Positions 1 to 10,872 of a stretch of DNA of 64,000 nucleotides are shown here, piece after piece (position 1 is the stretch's first letter; each line of letters starts with the position of its first letter). Origin of the DNA: Malacoraja senta (lineage: Eukaryota); contig CM075997.1 of assembly GCA_038087875.1 (NCBI GenBank), positions 6,636,001 to 6,700,000 of the forward strand, in the 5' to 3' direction. The notes under the pieces were generated by a model. The model was given only the letters and a program-made list of their open reading frames with translations, searched no databases and was not told the origin of the DNA. The position numbers and the translations under genes are program-made.

Positions 1-121
1 CCACTCCCCCCCATCCAAGTCGCAACAGGTTACCTTTCCCACCAAGCAAACAGCTAACAATGGCCTGTTTCCTTCATCTTTTTTTTGCATTACTTTCATT
101 AATTGTCGATCTCTCCACATT

Positions 122-136
122 TATCTATTTATCTAT

Positions 137-167
<31 letters not shown>

Positions 168-3100
168 TTTGTTCCGAACAAGTAAAGACATAAATAGGAA
201 TAAGTAACAACAACAAAATGGAAATAGTCAAACATTGGACATTCCAGGCAATATTTGCAAAGCAATGAAAAGCATAATGCAAAATTTAAATGTCCAACAC
301 TTTTCTTTACAAGCTCGAAAAGGAGTGAGAAGAAGAATAACTTATTTAATCTCACCCCTTCTCCCTAAACCCCTCTTCCATATTTAATAATTAATTAATC
401 AACAATAATAATACCCCAGACAATTTTTAGAGATACATACAGACATATATATATATACAACTGATATACACATACAAGTAATATGTATGAAGTAACCAAA
501 AGACATAAATGAATAATAAATAAAACAATAAGTAAACATTAACCCCTGTTTGTCAACCATCCCCTTCACCCCTGTACCTTGTGAAAAAAAGGTTTTTGTA
601 TGTCATTTTGAACTGGTTCATGTTTGGACATTGCTTTAATTCCACATTCAAACTGTTCCACAATCCTACTCCACAGACCGAAATACAAAAAGGTTTTCTG
701 GTCGTGCGGACTCTTTGTACCTTAAAATTAAATATTCTTCTTAAATTATAACCCCCCACTCGCACATTAAATAATTTTTGTATATTTCCAGGTAAGTTTT
801 TATTTTTGGCCCTAAACATTATCTGTGCTGTTTTAAATGCAACCAAATCTTCTAATTTTAATAATTTTGACTGTAAGAATAATGGATTAGTGTGACCCAG
901 ATACCTGACCTTGTGAATAATACGTATTGCTCTTTTTTGCAGAATAGTTAATGAATATAGCGAACTTTTATAGTTATTGCCCCAGACACCTGCACAGTAA
1001 TTTAAATAGGGTAAGATTAGTGAACAGTAGAGAATGCAGAGTGATTTGTGATCCAGAACCTGCTTAACTTTGTGTAATACCGAAATGCTTTTTGACAGTT
1101 TGGATTGTACATGTTTAATGTGTGATTTCCAGCTGATTCTATCATCCATTATAACCCCAATAAATTTATTTTCATGAACTTGTTGAATTTCAACCCCATT
1201 TATCTTTATATTTACTTGTATATTTGTTCTGCAATTACCAAATAACATTATTTTGGTTTTGCTCAAGTTTAATGATATTTTGTTCCTGTCAAACCATGTT
1301 TTCAGTTTGCCCATTTCGTTTGTTATTTTGTCCAGTAGTTGTTTTAAATTCTCCCCAGAACAAAAAATATTTGTGTCGTCTGCAAACAAGACCAGCCTCA
1401 AGGCGTTGGACACATTACAAATGTCGTTTATATACATGATGAATAGTTTTGGACCCAACACTGACCCCTGAGGGACACCACAAGCAATGTCCAAACATGT
1501 AGAACTGTAACTGCCCAGCTTCACAAACTGTTGCCTGTTACTTAAGTAGCTTTTTATCCAATCCAGTACTAGACCTCTAATGCCATACGTTTCTAATTTG
1601 TTAAATAAAATATCATGATTAATCGTATCAAATGCTTTCTTTATATCAATAAATATCCCAGCTGCATATAGTTTATTGTCAATAGCGTTTGTGATATCTT
1701 CAATTGATTCTATTATTGCAAGTGATGTTGATCTGTTTGATCTGAATCCATATTGACTTTCAGTGATTAGTTTATGCTTTTCTACAAATATGTCTAGTCT
1801 ATTATTGAACATTTTTTCTAGTATTTTGGAGAATTGAGGGAGTAAAGAAACAGGTCTATAGTTTGTGAAATGATGCTTGTTCCCAGTTTTGTATATTGGT
1901 ATGACTTTTGCTATTTTCATTTTAATTGGAAAAGTACCGGTTTGGAAAGATAAATTACAAATAAATGTTAGAGGTTTGGAAATCCCCTCGATGACCATCT
2001 TAACTAACGACATATCAATGTCGTTGAAATCAGTAGACATTTTGTTTTTATTTGTTTTAACAATTTCCAACAGTTCTTTTTCATCTACTGGCATAAGAAA
2101 CATAGAGCAGGGATTTCTCTCCAATAAATTCTCAGGAGTTTCTCCAGATGTCCCTGGATCAGGGATTTGTTTAGCCAGGTCTGGTCCAACATTTACAAAA
2201 AAATTATTAAAGCTATTAGCTACACCCTCCATATTATAATTTTCATTGTCCTTATCAATAAAATACTTCGGGTAATTTATTTTCCCCGGGCCATTTCTGA
2301 TAATACTATTAAGTATACTCCAAATTCTTTTAATGTTGTTTTTGTTATCATCTAATATTTTCTTATAATAATCTTTCTTGCTTGTTCTTATAATATAAGT
2401 TAACTTATTTTTGTACTTTTTATATTTATTTTCTGTATCTTTAGTTCTCTGTCTTATAAAATCTCTGTATAGTGCATTTTTTTGCAGGCATTTTGTAATC
2501 CCTTTGTAATCCATGGACATTTAGTATTTATTGGTTTTCTGTTATATTCTTTGATTGGACAGTTTTTTTTTATCATATAGTGACTTAAACATAGTAATAA
2601 ATATTTCATAAGCATTGTCAATGTCTCTTTTTTGGTATATTATGTCCCAGTTTTGTGCCAATAGGTCCTTTTTTAGTGCATTGATAGTTTCCTCCGATCT
2701 CACTCGTCTATATTCTGTTAGTTTGTATGGTTTGTTTTTCCTGTGGATGTAATCATAATCTATGAAAACTGGCAAGTGGTCACATATCGTTGATTAATAA
2801 TCCACTTACTGTTTTGTTTTCAATGTCATTGTTGAATATATTGTCAACGAGTGTAGCACAATGGGAAGTAATTCTACTTGGTCTGGTGATTTTGGGAAAT
2901 AGACTCATACTGTACATTGTGTTGACAAAGTCTTCTGTAAGGTTGTGTTGGTTAGGATTTAGTAGGTCGGTATTGAAATCTCCACATAAAAAAACTGATT
3001 TGCTACTTGTTATTGAAAACATACTCTCCATCCAGCCCCTGAAGATTTCAATACTTGACCCCGGTGCCCTATATATGCAGCTAATGATGACAATTTTATT

Positions 3101-3372
3101 TCTGCCGTTGAATATTTCTATAGTTATGCATTCTTGCAGATTGTCAACCACAGTTGTCATATTATCTAATACCCTATAGTTCAAAGTTGTATCCACATAT
3201 AATGCTACCCCTCCTCCACCCTTATTTTTTTCTGTTATTGTAATTAAGTTCGTATCCATCCAGCTCGAAGTCGATTCCTTTTTCCTGGTTGATCCATGTT
3301 TCAGATATTGCAATAACGTTTAATGGTTGTGAAAATTTGTGTAAATACTCTTTGATGTTATTGAAATTCGCA
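122..3372 (-). mobile_element. 5'-truncated CR1-group (L2/Crack-like) LINE with (TAAA)n tail
   Basis: APE endonuclease motifs AISETW, GGGVALYV, IYRAP and CGDFN in 2780-3372. RT motifs NYRPVSLL, QYGFR, KAFD, GVPQGSVLGP and FADDT in 553-2520. Tail microsatellite at 122-170. Confidence 0.9.
553..3372 (-). pseudogene. LINE ORF2 (endonuclease + RT), split over four ORFs; RT part open for 655 aa
   Basis: ORFs 3222-3407, 2780-3313, 2542-2775 and 553-2520 are collinear pieces of one protein. Confidence 0.88.
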
Positions 3373-3903
3373 TAGGAAGGAACTGCAGATGCTGGTATAA
3401 TAGACATTACCGTCTATATCTTTCATTTCCATTTCGCCTGAATAGTCCGAAGAAGGGTCTCGACCCAAAACGTCATCCATTCCTTCTCTCCAGAAATGCC
3501 GCCTGTCCCGCCGAGTTACTCCAGCTTTTTGTGTATCTTCGGTTTATACCAGCATCTGCAGTTCCTTCCTACACAGACCATGTTAAACTTCGCAATGCTG
3601 TAACTGGTGGAAAAGTAGGAACAATTGGTGATTCCGGAAATTCTCGGATGCGTGGATTAAGATATAAAGTTGTCGTTCAAGGTCAACGATCCTCCATTCC
3701 AACTGGAAGAGAGAAACAATAGTTATCAGTTTCAGAGCAGGTGCAATGTGAGCAATTATTAAAGTTACAAACAAAAGAGCACACCAGATGAGTTCTACAG
3801 CGAGTTGGCAGACCCCGCACAGTTTGGGAATGGGATCGAATATTTATTAGAAAATCCAAACAAATTAGATTTGAATAATATACGCATAGCTGTCAATTTA
3901 ATG

Positions 3904-5003
3904 CAAGGGTTCCCAACCTGGGGTAAATTTATCCCCAGGGGGTAAATTTGTTGAATCTGGATTTATACATATTTTTTCTCATTGACTGACTGTGTTTGGT
4001 TCTGGTATAACCATATAACCATGTAACAACCACAGCACGGAAACACGCCATCTCGGCCCTTCTTGTCCTTGCCGAACAGCTACTCTCACCTAGTCCCATC
4101 TACCTGCACTCAGACCATAACCCTCCATTCCTTTCTCGTCCATATACCTATCCAATTTATTTTTAAATGATAAAATCGAACCTGCCTCCACCACTTCCAC
4201 TGGAAGCTCATTCCACACAGCTACCACTCTATGAGTAAAGAAGTTCCCCCTCATGTTACCCCTAAACTTTTGTCCCTTAATTCTTAAATCATGTCCTCTT
4301 GTTTGAATCTTCCCTACTCTCAATGGAAAAAGCTTATCCACGTCAACTCTGTCTATCCCTCACATAATTTTAAAGACCACTATCAAGCCCCCCCTTAACC
4401 TTCTGTGCTCCAATGAATAAAGACCTATCTTGTTCAACCTTTCTCTGTAACTTAGGTGCTGAAACCCAGGCAACATTCTAGTAAATCTCCTCTGTACTCT
4501 CTCTATTTTGTTGACATCTTTCCTATAATTTGGCGACCAAAATTGTACACCATATTCCAGAATTGGCTTCACCAATGCCTTGTACAATTTTAACATTACA
4601 TCCCAACTTCTATACTCAATGCTCTGATTTATAAAGGCCAGCTCACCAACAGCTTTCTTTACCACCCTATCTACATGAGATTCCACCTTCAGGGAACTAT
4701 GCACAGTTATTCCTAGATCCCTCTGTTCTACTGCATTCCTCAATTCGCTACCATTTACCATGTACGTCCTATTTTGATTTGTCCTACCAAGATGTAGCAT
4801 CTCACACTTATCAGCATTAAACTCCATCTGCCATCTTTCAGCCCACTCTTCCAAATGGCCTAAATCTCTCTGTAGACTTTGAAAATCTACCGGTATACCG
4901 GTATCTCCTCATCTTTAGTTATTCATCAATAAGTGAAATAATATTGTTATGTGCTATTAAAGTTGCCATGGGTAAATGGGACGAAAACGTTTGGGAACCC
5001 CTG
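3904..5003. mobile_element. Non-autonomous hAT element (MITE, about 210 bp) interrupted by a CR1 fragment
   Basis: TIRs CAAGGGTTCCCAA and TTGGGAACCCCTG. Perfect 8-bp TSD ATTTAATG at 3896-3903 and 5004-5011. Confidence 0.9.
4010..4891 (-). mobile_element. CR1 LINE 3' fragment
   Basis: ORF2 C-terminus (WQMEFNADKC, LEYGVQFWSP, VWNELP). GGTTATAT-type tail. TSD GGTATA at 4004-4009 and 4892-4897. Confidence 0.92.
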
Positions 5004-5446
5004 ATTTAATGTAACAACGTACATCACTCTATTCTTCATTTCCTCCCTGAATTTCCATTGTGTCTATCCATAAATAAACGTGTTGGTGCATGAGCTAAGA
5101 ATCTATAACATAAACCAGCACTGCTGTGCGATATATGTTGGGGTACAAATATATCTGTCTGTGTAGAGGTAATTTTTCCGCATGCTAGTTCATGGGGTAT
5201 ATTACGAAGGGCATCTACAATAAGATGAAATAGTAAGATTAAACGAGAACTTACCAGTTCGAAGTTTGATCTTGATTTTATGAGGCGTTACGATGAGCGA
5301 TTACGTGAAGAAGGGACGTCAGTCCGCATGCACGTCATTCTTCAAAGCAGCGGTGTGAAATCACAGAAAAGAGAAAATACCTGAGGATAGTAAGATTGAG
5401 AACTGGAACTACCAGGTAACGATAATATGAGGGAGGGAGCTGGGGG

Positions 5447-5558
5447 CACGTAATCGCTCATCGTAACTCCTCATAAAATCAAGATCAAACTTCAAACTGG
5501 TAAGTTCTCGTTTAATCATACTATTTTACTTCGGAGTCACGTGAGTGACTACGTGAAG
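5447..5558. repeat. DIRS internal complementary region (ICR)
   Basis: 5447-5523 is the reverse complement of 5231-5307 (3 mismatches). 5524-5554 is the reverse complement of 12393-12423. Confidence 0.95.
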
Positions 5559-6112
5559 ATTTTAAAGCTCTGTGATTTCATGCCGTGGAAAAAACGAGTC
5601 CACACGACCACGACTGCCTCAGTTTACCACAGGTAATGGTAAACATAAATAATGCATTCAGACATGACATAATTTTAAAACATACTGATAAATGAACACA
5701 TAATAATAATAGTAACCCGTCTCATCCGGGCGGGAAACTATAAAATAGAACCTAAAATAGAGAAGGCAAATACCCCTGGTCTGGCAATGGGTTAAAATAA
5801 AATGTTTGGAAAACTCGTTCCCTAGACCATCCTGCAGTCGGCAGGATGTGGTCCAGAGGACCGTGCATAACCCTTGCTGCTGATGTAGTAGCAGCCCTGG
5901 TGGAGTGAGGTATGAAAATTAGAATTTGTATCTGCTCCTGTACGAACCAGAACCCCATGTAGCCGCCTGGAAGTGGTCTGAACTGATACCTTCTTATGAG
6001 GTTTTTAGTAACTAACTGCATAGTCAACAAAATAGAGAGAGTACAGAGGAGATTTACTAGAATGTTGCCTGGGTTTCAGCAACTAAGTTACAGAGAAAGG
6101 TTGAACAAGTTA

Positions 6113-7927
6113 AAGGTCTGTCTCACTGTGCGAGTTGACCCACGAGTGACCCCGAGTGAAAGACTCGTGGTTGCGTACGAGACTACAAGTTTATGATCCA
6201 GAGTTTAACCGAGTTCCCACGGGTATGTCTACGTTTCCCGTTTACTTCTCATTTCTGCGATGTTCCAAGTTCGTCTCCCGAGTGTACCAAGTTCCTCTCC
6301 CGTTAATCTTGAGGCAACAATGTATATCGAACTGTTGAAAAATCAACACATGTTAAAAAAAATGATGTCATGCCAGCCAAAGAACGTAGAGACTATTGTG
6401 TTTGCTGCATGTGTTCTGCACAACCTGATCCCTATCAGAGGTGCAGCTTCAGGATCAGCAACAGCCATGCAGGACGGTGACTTAGTGGACAGTCAAACAG
6501 GGAGAATAACACTAGGTGCGTGGAGGAGTGGTACAAACGACGAGACTTTGGTGCCACTGCAGTGTTTTCGAGGTAACACGGGGACCAACAGTGCAAAAGA
6601 GCAGAGAGACCATCTCTGCTCCTACTATAATTCAGAATTGGGCCGTGTGCCGTGGCAGGACAGCTTATTTTGAGCGGCTGCCGACCACAGGTACATCACT
6701 GCATGAGGAGAGCCCACATGCAGAAGAATCCAGTTAATTTCATGTTTAGTTTAAATCCTGCTGACTTTTCATTGTTTAACTTTAAGTGTGGATTTTATTT
6801 TTTATTGTGGTGTAAAAGTAATTTCATTGCATCTGTCTTTCCTTTAAAACGTGGTTATCATGCATCTGCTTATCTGATTGTAGATCTCAAAACTTGTCAT
6901 TTAGCGCATTGCATTGTATCTTTTATTGCCTGAATTTAGACTTGTGCATTTCTCAGCTGAATTAGTATATAGTGGAAATACTTTTATTTGTGCTTCATTT
7001 GTTGATTTTCATTTATGAGAAGCCCTTTTCAGACAGTGGTGTTTGCTGTAGTGCTACGTTTCTCAATATGCGCAAAAACGCGTTTTTTATATTGAACAAG
7101 AATAAAGACTTTGTTTCTCATTCAAGACATTTGTTTCACATAAGACTTTGTCTTATTTTCTGATCTACTGAGAGGTGACAATTTTAAACATTTATAAAGC
7201 ACAGCATATGAGGCAGTTGAGTCCTTAAATCTCACAGATGATTGTGAGAATCAAGATGTGAATATATTTTGCCTTCCTCTATTTTGTGTTTTATGATGAA
7301 AGGAATATTACATTCAAGTCATGAGACTTTGTAGTGATATTAAAATGAAGACTTCCAGACATCAATTTGATCTTGATAGCAAAGAACTCTCTTTTATTGT
7401 GCAATGAAGTAAACAAACAGTGAGAATCAAACGGATCAGCAAAAAGCTTTTCAACACAACACAACACAACACAAATTTATATATAAACTTCAAGCAATTT
7501 TTTCTTTTCAACACACTCTGTCACCTTATCAATAACTTGCTTAACTTTGTTAAGCAGAATTTGTCTTTAAAAAGTCTAAGTAACTGATATTTCTGTCCCT
7601 GATTATTGTTTCTAAAAAGAGTTCCCACGGTAGACTCACGAGTCACAAAGTTAAACGCACGGGCCACTACGTTCTTACAACGAGTTTAAAATGTTTCAAA
7701 TTTTAACCACAAGAGTACATTTTACTCGTGGAAAAGTACAAACATGTTTGAACTTTTGCAAGAGTTAACAAGTTTCACGTGTACCTCCCGTTAGCGCCAA
7801 GAGTTGCCAAGTTGCGTCCACGAGTTCAGACGTTTCCGCTACGTTAATTGTACGTGATTACCACGAGTTAAATTTGTTTTAAACTCGGGGTCACTCGTGG
7901 GTCAACTCGCACAGTGAGACAGCCCTT
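6113..7927 (+). mobile_element. Internally deleted PIF/Harbinger DNA transposon
   Basis: 45-bp TIRs at 6113-6157 and 7883-7927 (1 mismatch). TTA TSD at 6110-6112 and 7928-7930. Carries a transposase C-terminus. Confidence 0.92.
6360..6673 (+). pseudogene. Harbinger (HARBI1/ALP1-like) transposase C-terminal fragment
   Basis: PKNVETIVFAACVLHNL...RDHLCSYYNSELGRVPWQ matches the typical Harbinger DDE nuclease C-terminus. Confidence 0.85.
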
Positions 7928-8830
7928 TTAGGTCTTTATTCTTTGGAGTGCAGAAGGTGAAGAGGGGACTTGATAGAGGTCATTAAAATTATGAGCGGGT
8001 TAGACAGAGTGGACGTGGATAAGCTTTTCCCATTGAGAGTAGGGAAGATTCAAACAAGGGGACATGACTTGAGAATTATGGGACAGAAGTTTAGGGGGAA
8101 CATTAGGGGGAACTTCTTTACTCAGAGAGTGGTAGCTGTGTGGAATGAGCTTCCAGTGGAAGTGGTGGAGGCAGGTTCGATGTTATCCTTTAAAAATAGA
8201 TTTGATGGGTATATGGACGGGAGAGGAATGGAGGGTTATGGTCTGAGTGCAGGTAGATGGGACTAGGGGGAAGTATTTATTTTTAATTAAAAAAAAAATT
8301 TAAAAAATGTTCGGCACGGACTTGAAGGGCCGAGATGGCCTGTTTCCGTGCTGTTATGGTTATATGGTTATATGGTTATATGGTTATATAAGTGGAGGTA
8401 GATGGGACTAGGGGGGAAGTATTTATTAAAAAAAAAAAAAATGTTCGGCACGGACTTGAAGGGCCGAGATGACCTGTTTCCGTGCTGTAATGGTTATATG
8501 GTTATATGGTTTATAGGTAGTATGAGAGCCTCTAAGGCTCTAGGTGATCTAGACGTAATGTTGTAAACACGTGACCCCACATAAACGAAGGTGCATGGGG
8601 TATGCCATGAGAACTAGTTTGAGACCTGACACACTGGCTGCCCTGCTTAACTGATCGTAAACATTAAATATTAAATTATTAGCAGGTATAACCATCCTAT
8701 CCAGTCGCAATTTATGTAATGACTGGATCCGTTGCGCTGAGGACAGCGCCAAAGGGATACTACGTTGTGAGAGCCGAGCCAATGATAGGGATAGCTGGAG
8801 CCCCCTGGTAAAGTAGTGTTAACACAATGT

Positions 8831-8956
8831 CAAGTTCAAGTTCAAGTTCAAGTGTCCCTGATAGGATAATGAAATTCCCGCTTTGCTTCAGCACAACAGA
8901 ACATAGAAGGCATTGATTACAAAACAGATCAGTGTGTCCATATATCATTATATAAA
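8831..8956 (-). mobile_element. Short LINE 3' tail fragment with (TTGAAC)n end, inside the DIRS
   Basis: (caagtt)n run at 8831-8853, followed by about 100 bp that appears to interrupt the YR coding region. Confidence 0.45.
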
Positions 8957-10648
8957 TCCCATACTTCCGTGTACTTGGATCTGGGACAACGTGTAAAGAT
9001 ATCCTAATAAACTGGAATCAGAGGGTGAGACCCGACAGAGCTGGGTCCCGCTCGCTGCAGCAAATATGATGAGAAGCACGTTGGCAAAGTTGATGGGACT
9101 ATAGCTCAATTATTGTCAAGGGCCCATTGAAAAATCAACTTTAAGACTTCAGTGTCCGTGCCGTATTTATATCTAACATAACGTTTAAACAGAAACGCTT
9201 CCCATCTCCTGAAGAGGAAATGCTTTGATGGTGCTATCCCTGCACACTGCAGTGAGCACACACATGGATCGGTCTGACATCCCGAGCCGCAGGGTTTGTC
9301 TTCTCAGATTCTGTAAGGCAATGGATTGGTTAATCATGCAGAGGCTGGTTCCCCGAGTCCCAGGCTGAACCGGCAAAGTTTATGTTTAGAAACCCCATAT
9401 AGGGATCTACTATGATTCCCAACATTGCGGGAAACCATGGCTACATAGGCCAGTCAGACAGTACGAAAACCCCTGAAGCGGGATCTTGCTGAATTTGTTG
9501 CAAGACCCGACTGATGAGGCAAAATAGAGCAACGACATAAAAGAACATTCCTCCGTGTAGCGAGAATGTATCTCTCACCACTGTCATGCCAGATGTCTTG
9601 CAACCGGTGAAAGAGCCTGGATGCAAACTTATCGATATTCGGTGTTCCATAGAGCCACGATGTCATAAAATACTAGTGATACAACATCCATTCTGTGTAG
9701 TCATTGATTATACGTGATGATACACCAACGCCAAATAAGGTTGGGAAAATATGACAGGATACTTTGGCTTGATTGCACCCATGTGACAAACAAATGCCAC
9801 CACCACAATGTATCAACGTGGAACTGAGCATGCATATCCGCACAATAACCCTTTAACCCATAGTATGCACCTAGGTAGTTGATGCCAACAACTGAAGAAT
9901 TGGTAATTCATGCAAATCTCATTCGTCTCCATAACTAGAGATGGCATTCGTAATTTCGCATCTTAGAGCATTTGCATCAGTTAGTAATAACTGAAGATTT
10001 GTTGACCTACTACTGGAGCAATGCTGAATATTGTTCGTCCACCATTGTGGCTTTGGTGGCTTCAACTGGTAAAAGCATAGATCCGTTACCAATTGCACAG
10101 CCGAAACACAGCTGCTATATTGCCAATTTACACTTGATAACAAGATTGTTACAGGTAATGAATAGTTAACAGTAATACCGAATAACCAATAACTGTAGTT
10201 GGTATCAACTTAATTAACTGGAGGTACCTCAATTTCTTAAATATAGTTGTGGCTGAAAACAGTTGATTGTAGCAAAAACAGCGTTTAGGATATCATCCAG
10301 TTAAGCCATAACAAGTGATTTTGGAGCGCTGACCAGTCCCAGCACCGGTTTAGTAATTTGGTAGATAACCTGGGAGCTGAAATAGCCCATAGGAACGCAT
10401 AACCATTATCCAGAAATCCAAATATCTCCTGGGATCCCTGTAAATGGGAGCTGAATAGTATTCAACTTTGAAATAGATGCATGCCAAAGAGATCCTAAAG
10501 AAACGGTTTGTTAAACAGTAATGAAGTTCCATATACTGAAGAATCTATGTTGCACATGCTAGTTAAATCAATTTTAAACTGACATCCTCCATCATTCATA
10601 ATGAACAGCCCACGCCTGCCATTATACATGCCCCTTGAGTTGACAAGT

Positions 10649-10872
10649 CTGGCCAGTTTCCCCGGGTCTGTCTCGAAAGGTGACCCTGGCCATTATACTG
10701 AGCCTGCCTCACAAAGACAACCCTGGCCATAACACTGGGCCTGGCTAGGAAGGCACTGCGGCCATAATTCTGAGACTGCCTTGAAAGACAACTCTGGCCA
10801 ATTTCCGAGCTAGTCTTGGAAGGCAATCCTGGCCGTAATACTGAGCCTGCCTCGAAAGACAACTCTGGCCCC
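10649..10872. repeat. Degenerate minisatellite of about 36 bp, six or more units, inside the DIRS
   Basis: Recurring units of the form CTGGCC...ACTGAGCCTGCCTC.AAAGACAAC. Confidence 0.8.

Larger units (their letters stand above)
1..3575 (+). mobile_element. Short non-autonomous Penelope-derived repeat, split by a LINE insertion (parts at 1-121 and 3404-3575)
   Basis: 3445-3535 resembles the 3' end of the Penelope copy at 37511-37608 (gtccgaagaagggtctcgacccaaaacgtca...gagttactccagc). ACATT occurs at both junctions (117-121 and 3404-3408). Confidence 0.6.
6021..8515 (+). mobile_element. CR1 3' fragment inserted in the DIRS YR gene, with a duplicated 3' end, interrupted by a Harbinger
   Basis: VNKIERVQRRFTRMLPG at 6023-6112 resumes at 7931. 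Near-identical to the CR1 at 4010-4891. (GGTTATAT)n tails end at about 8390 and 8515. Confidence 0.9.

Noticed and set aside
122..3372. Horizontal transfer of the L2/Crack-like LINE
   Set aside because: It is AT-rich and fairly intact, but no cross-species comparison is possible here.
5231..5523. Long hairpin as a miRNA or MITE
   Set aside because: Fully explained by the DIRS terminus pairing with its ICR.
10649..10872. CRISPR-like periodicity
   Set aside because: The units are degenerate tandem repeats without unique spacers, there are no cas genes, and the context is eukaryotic.
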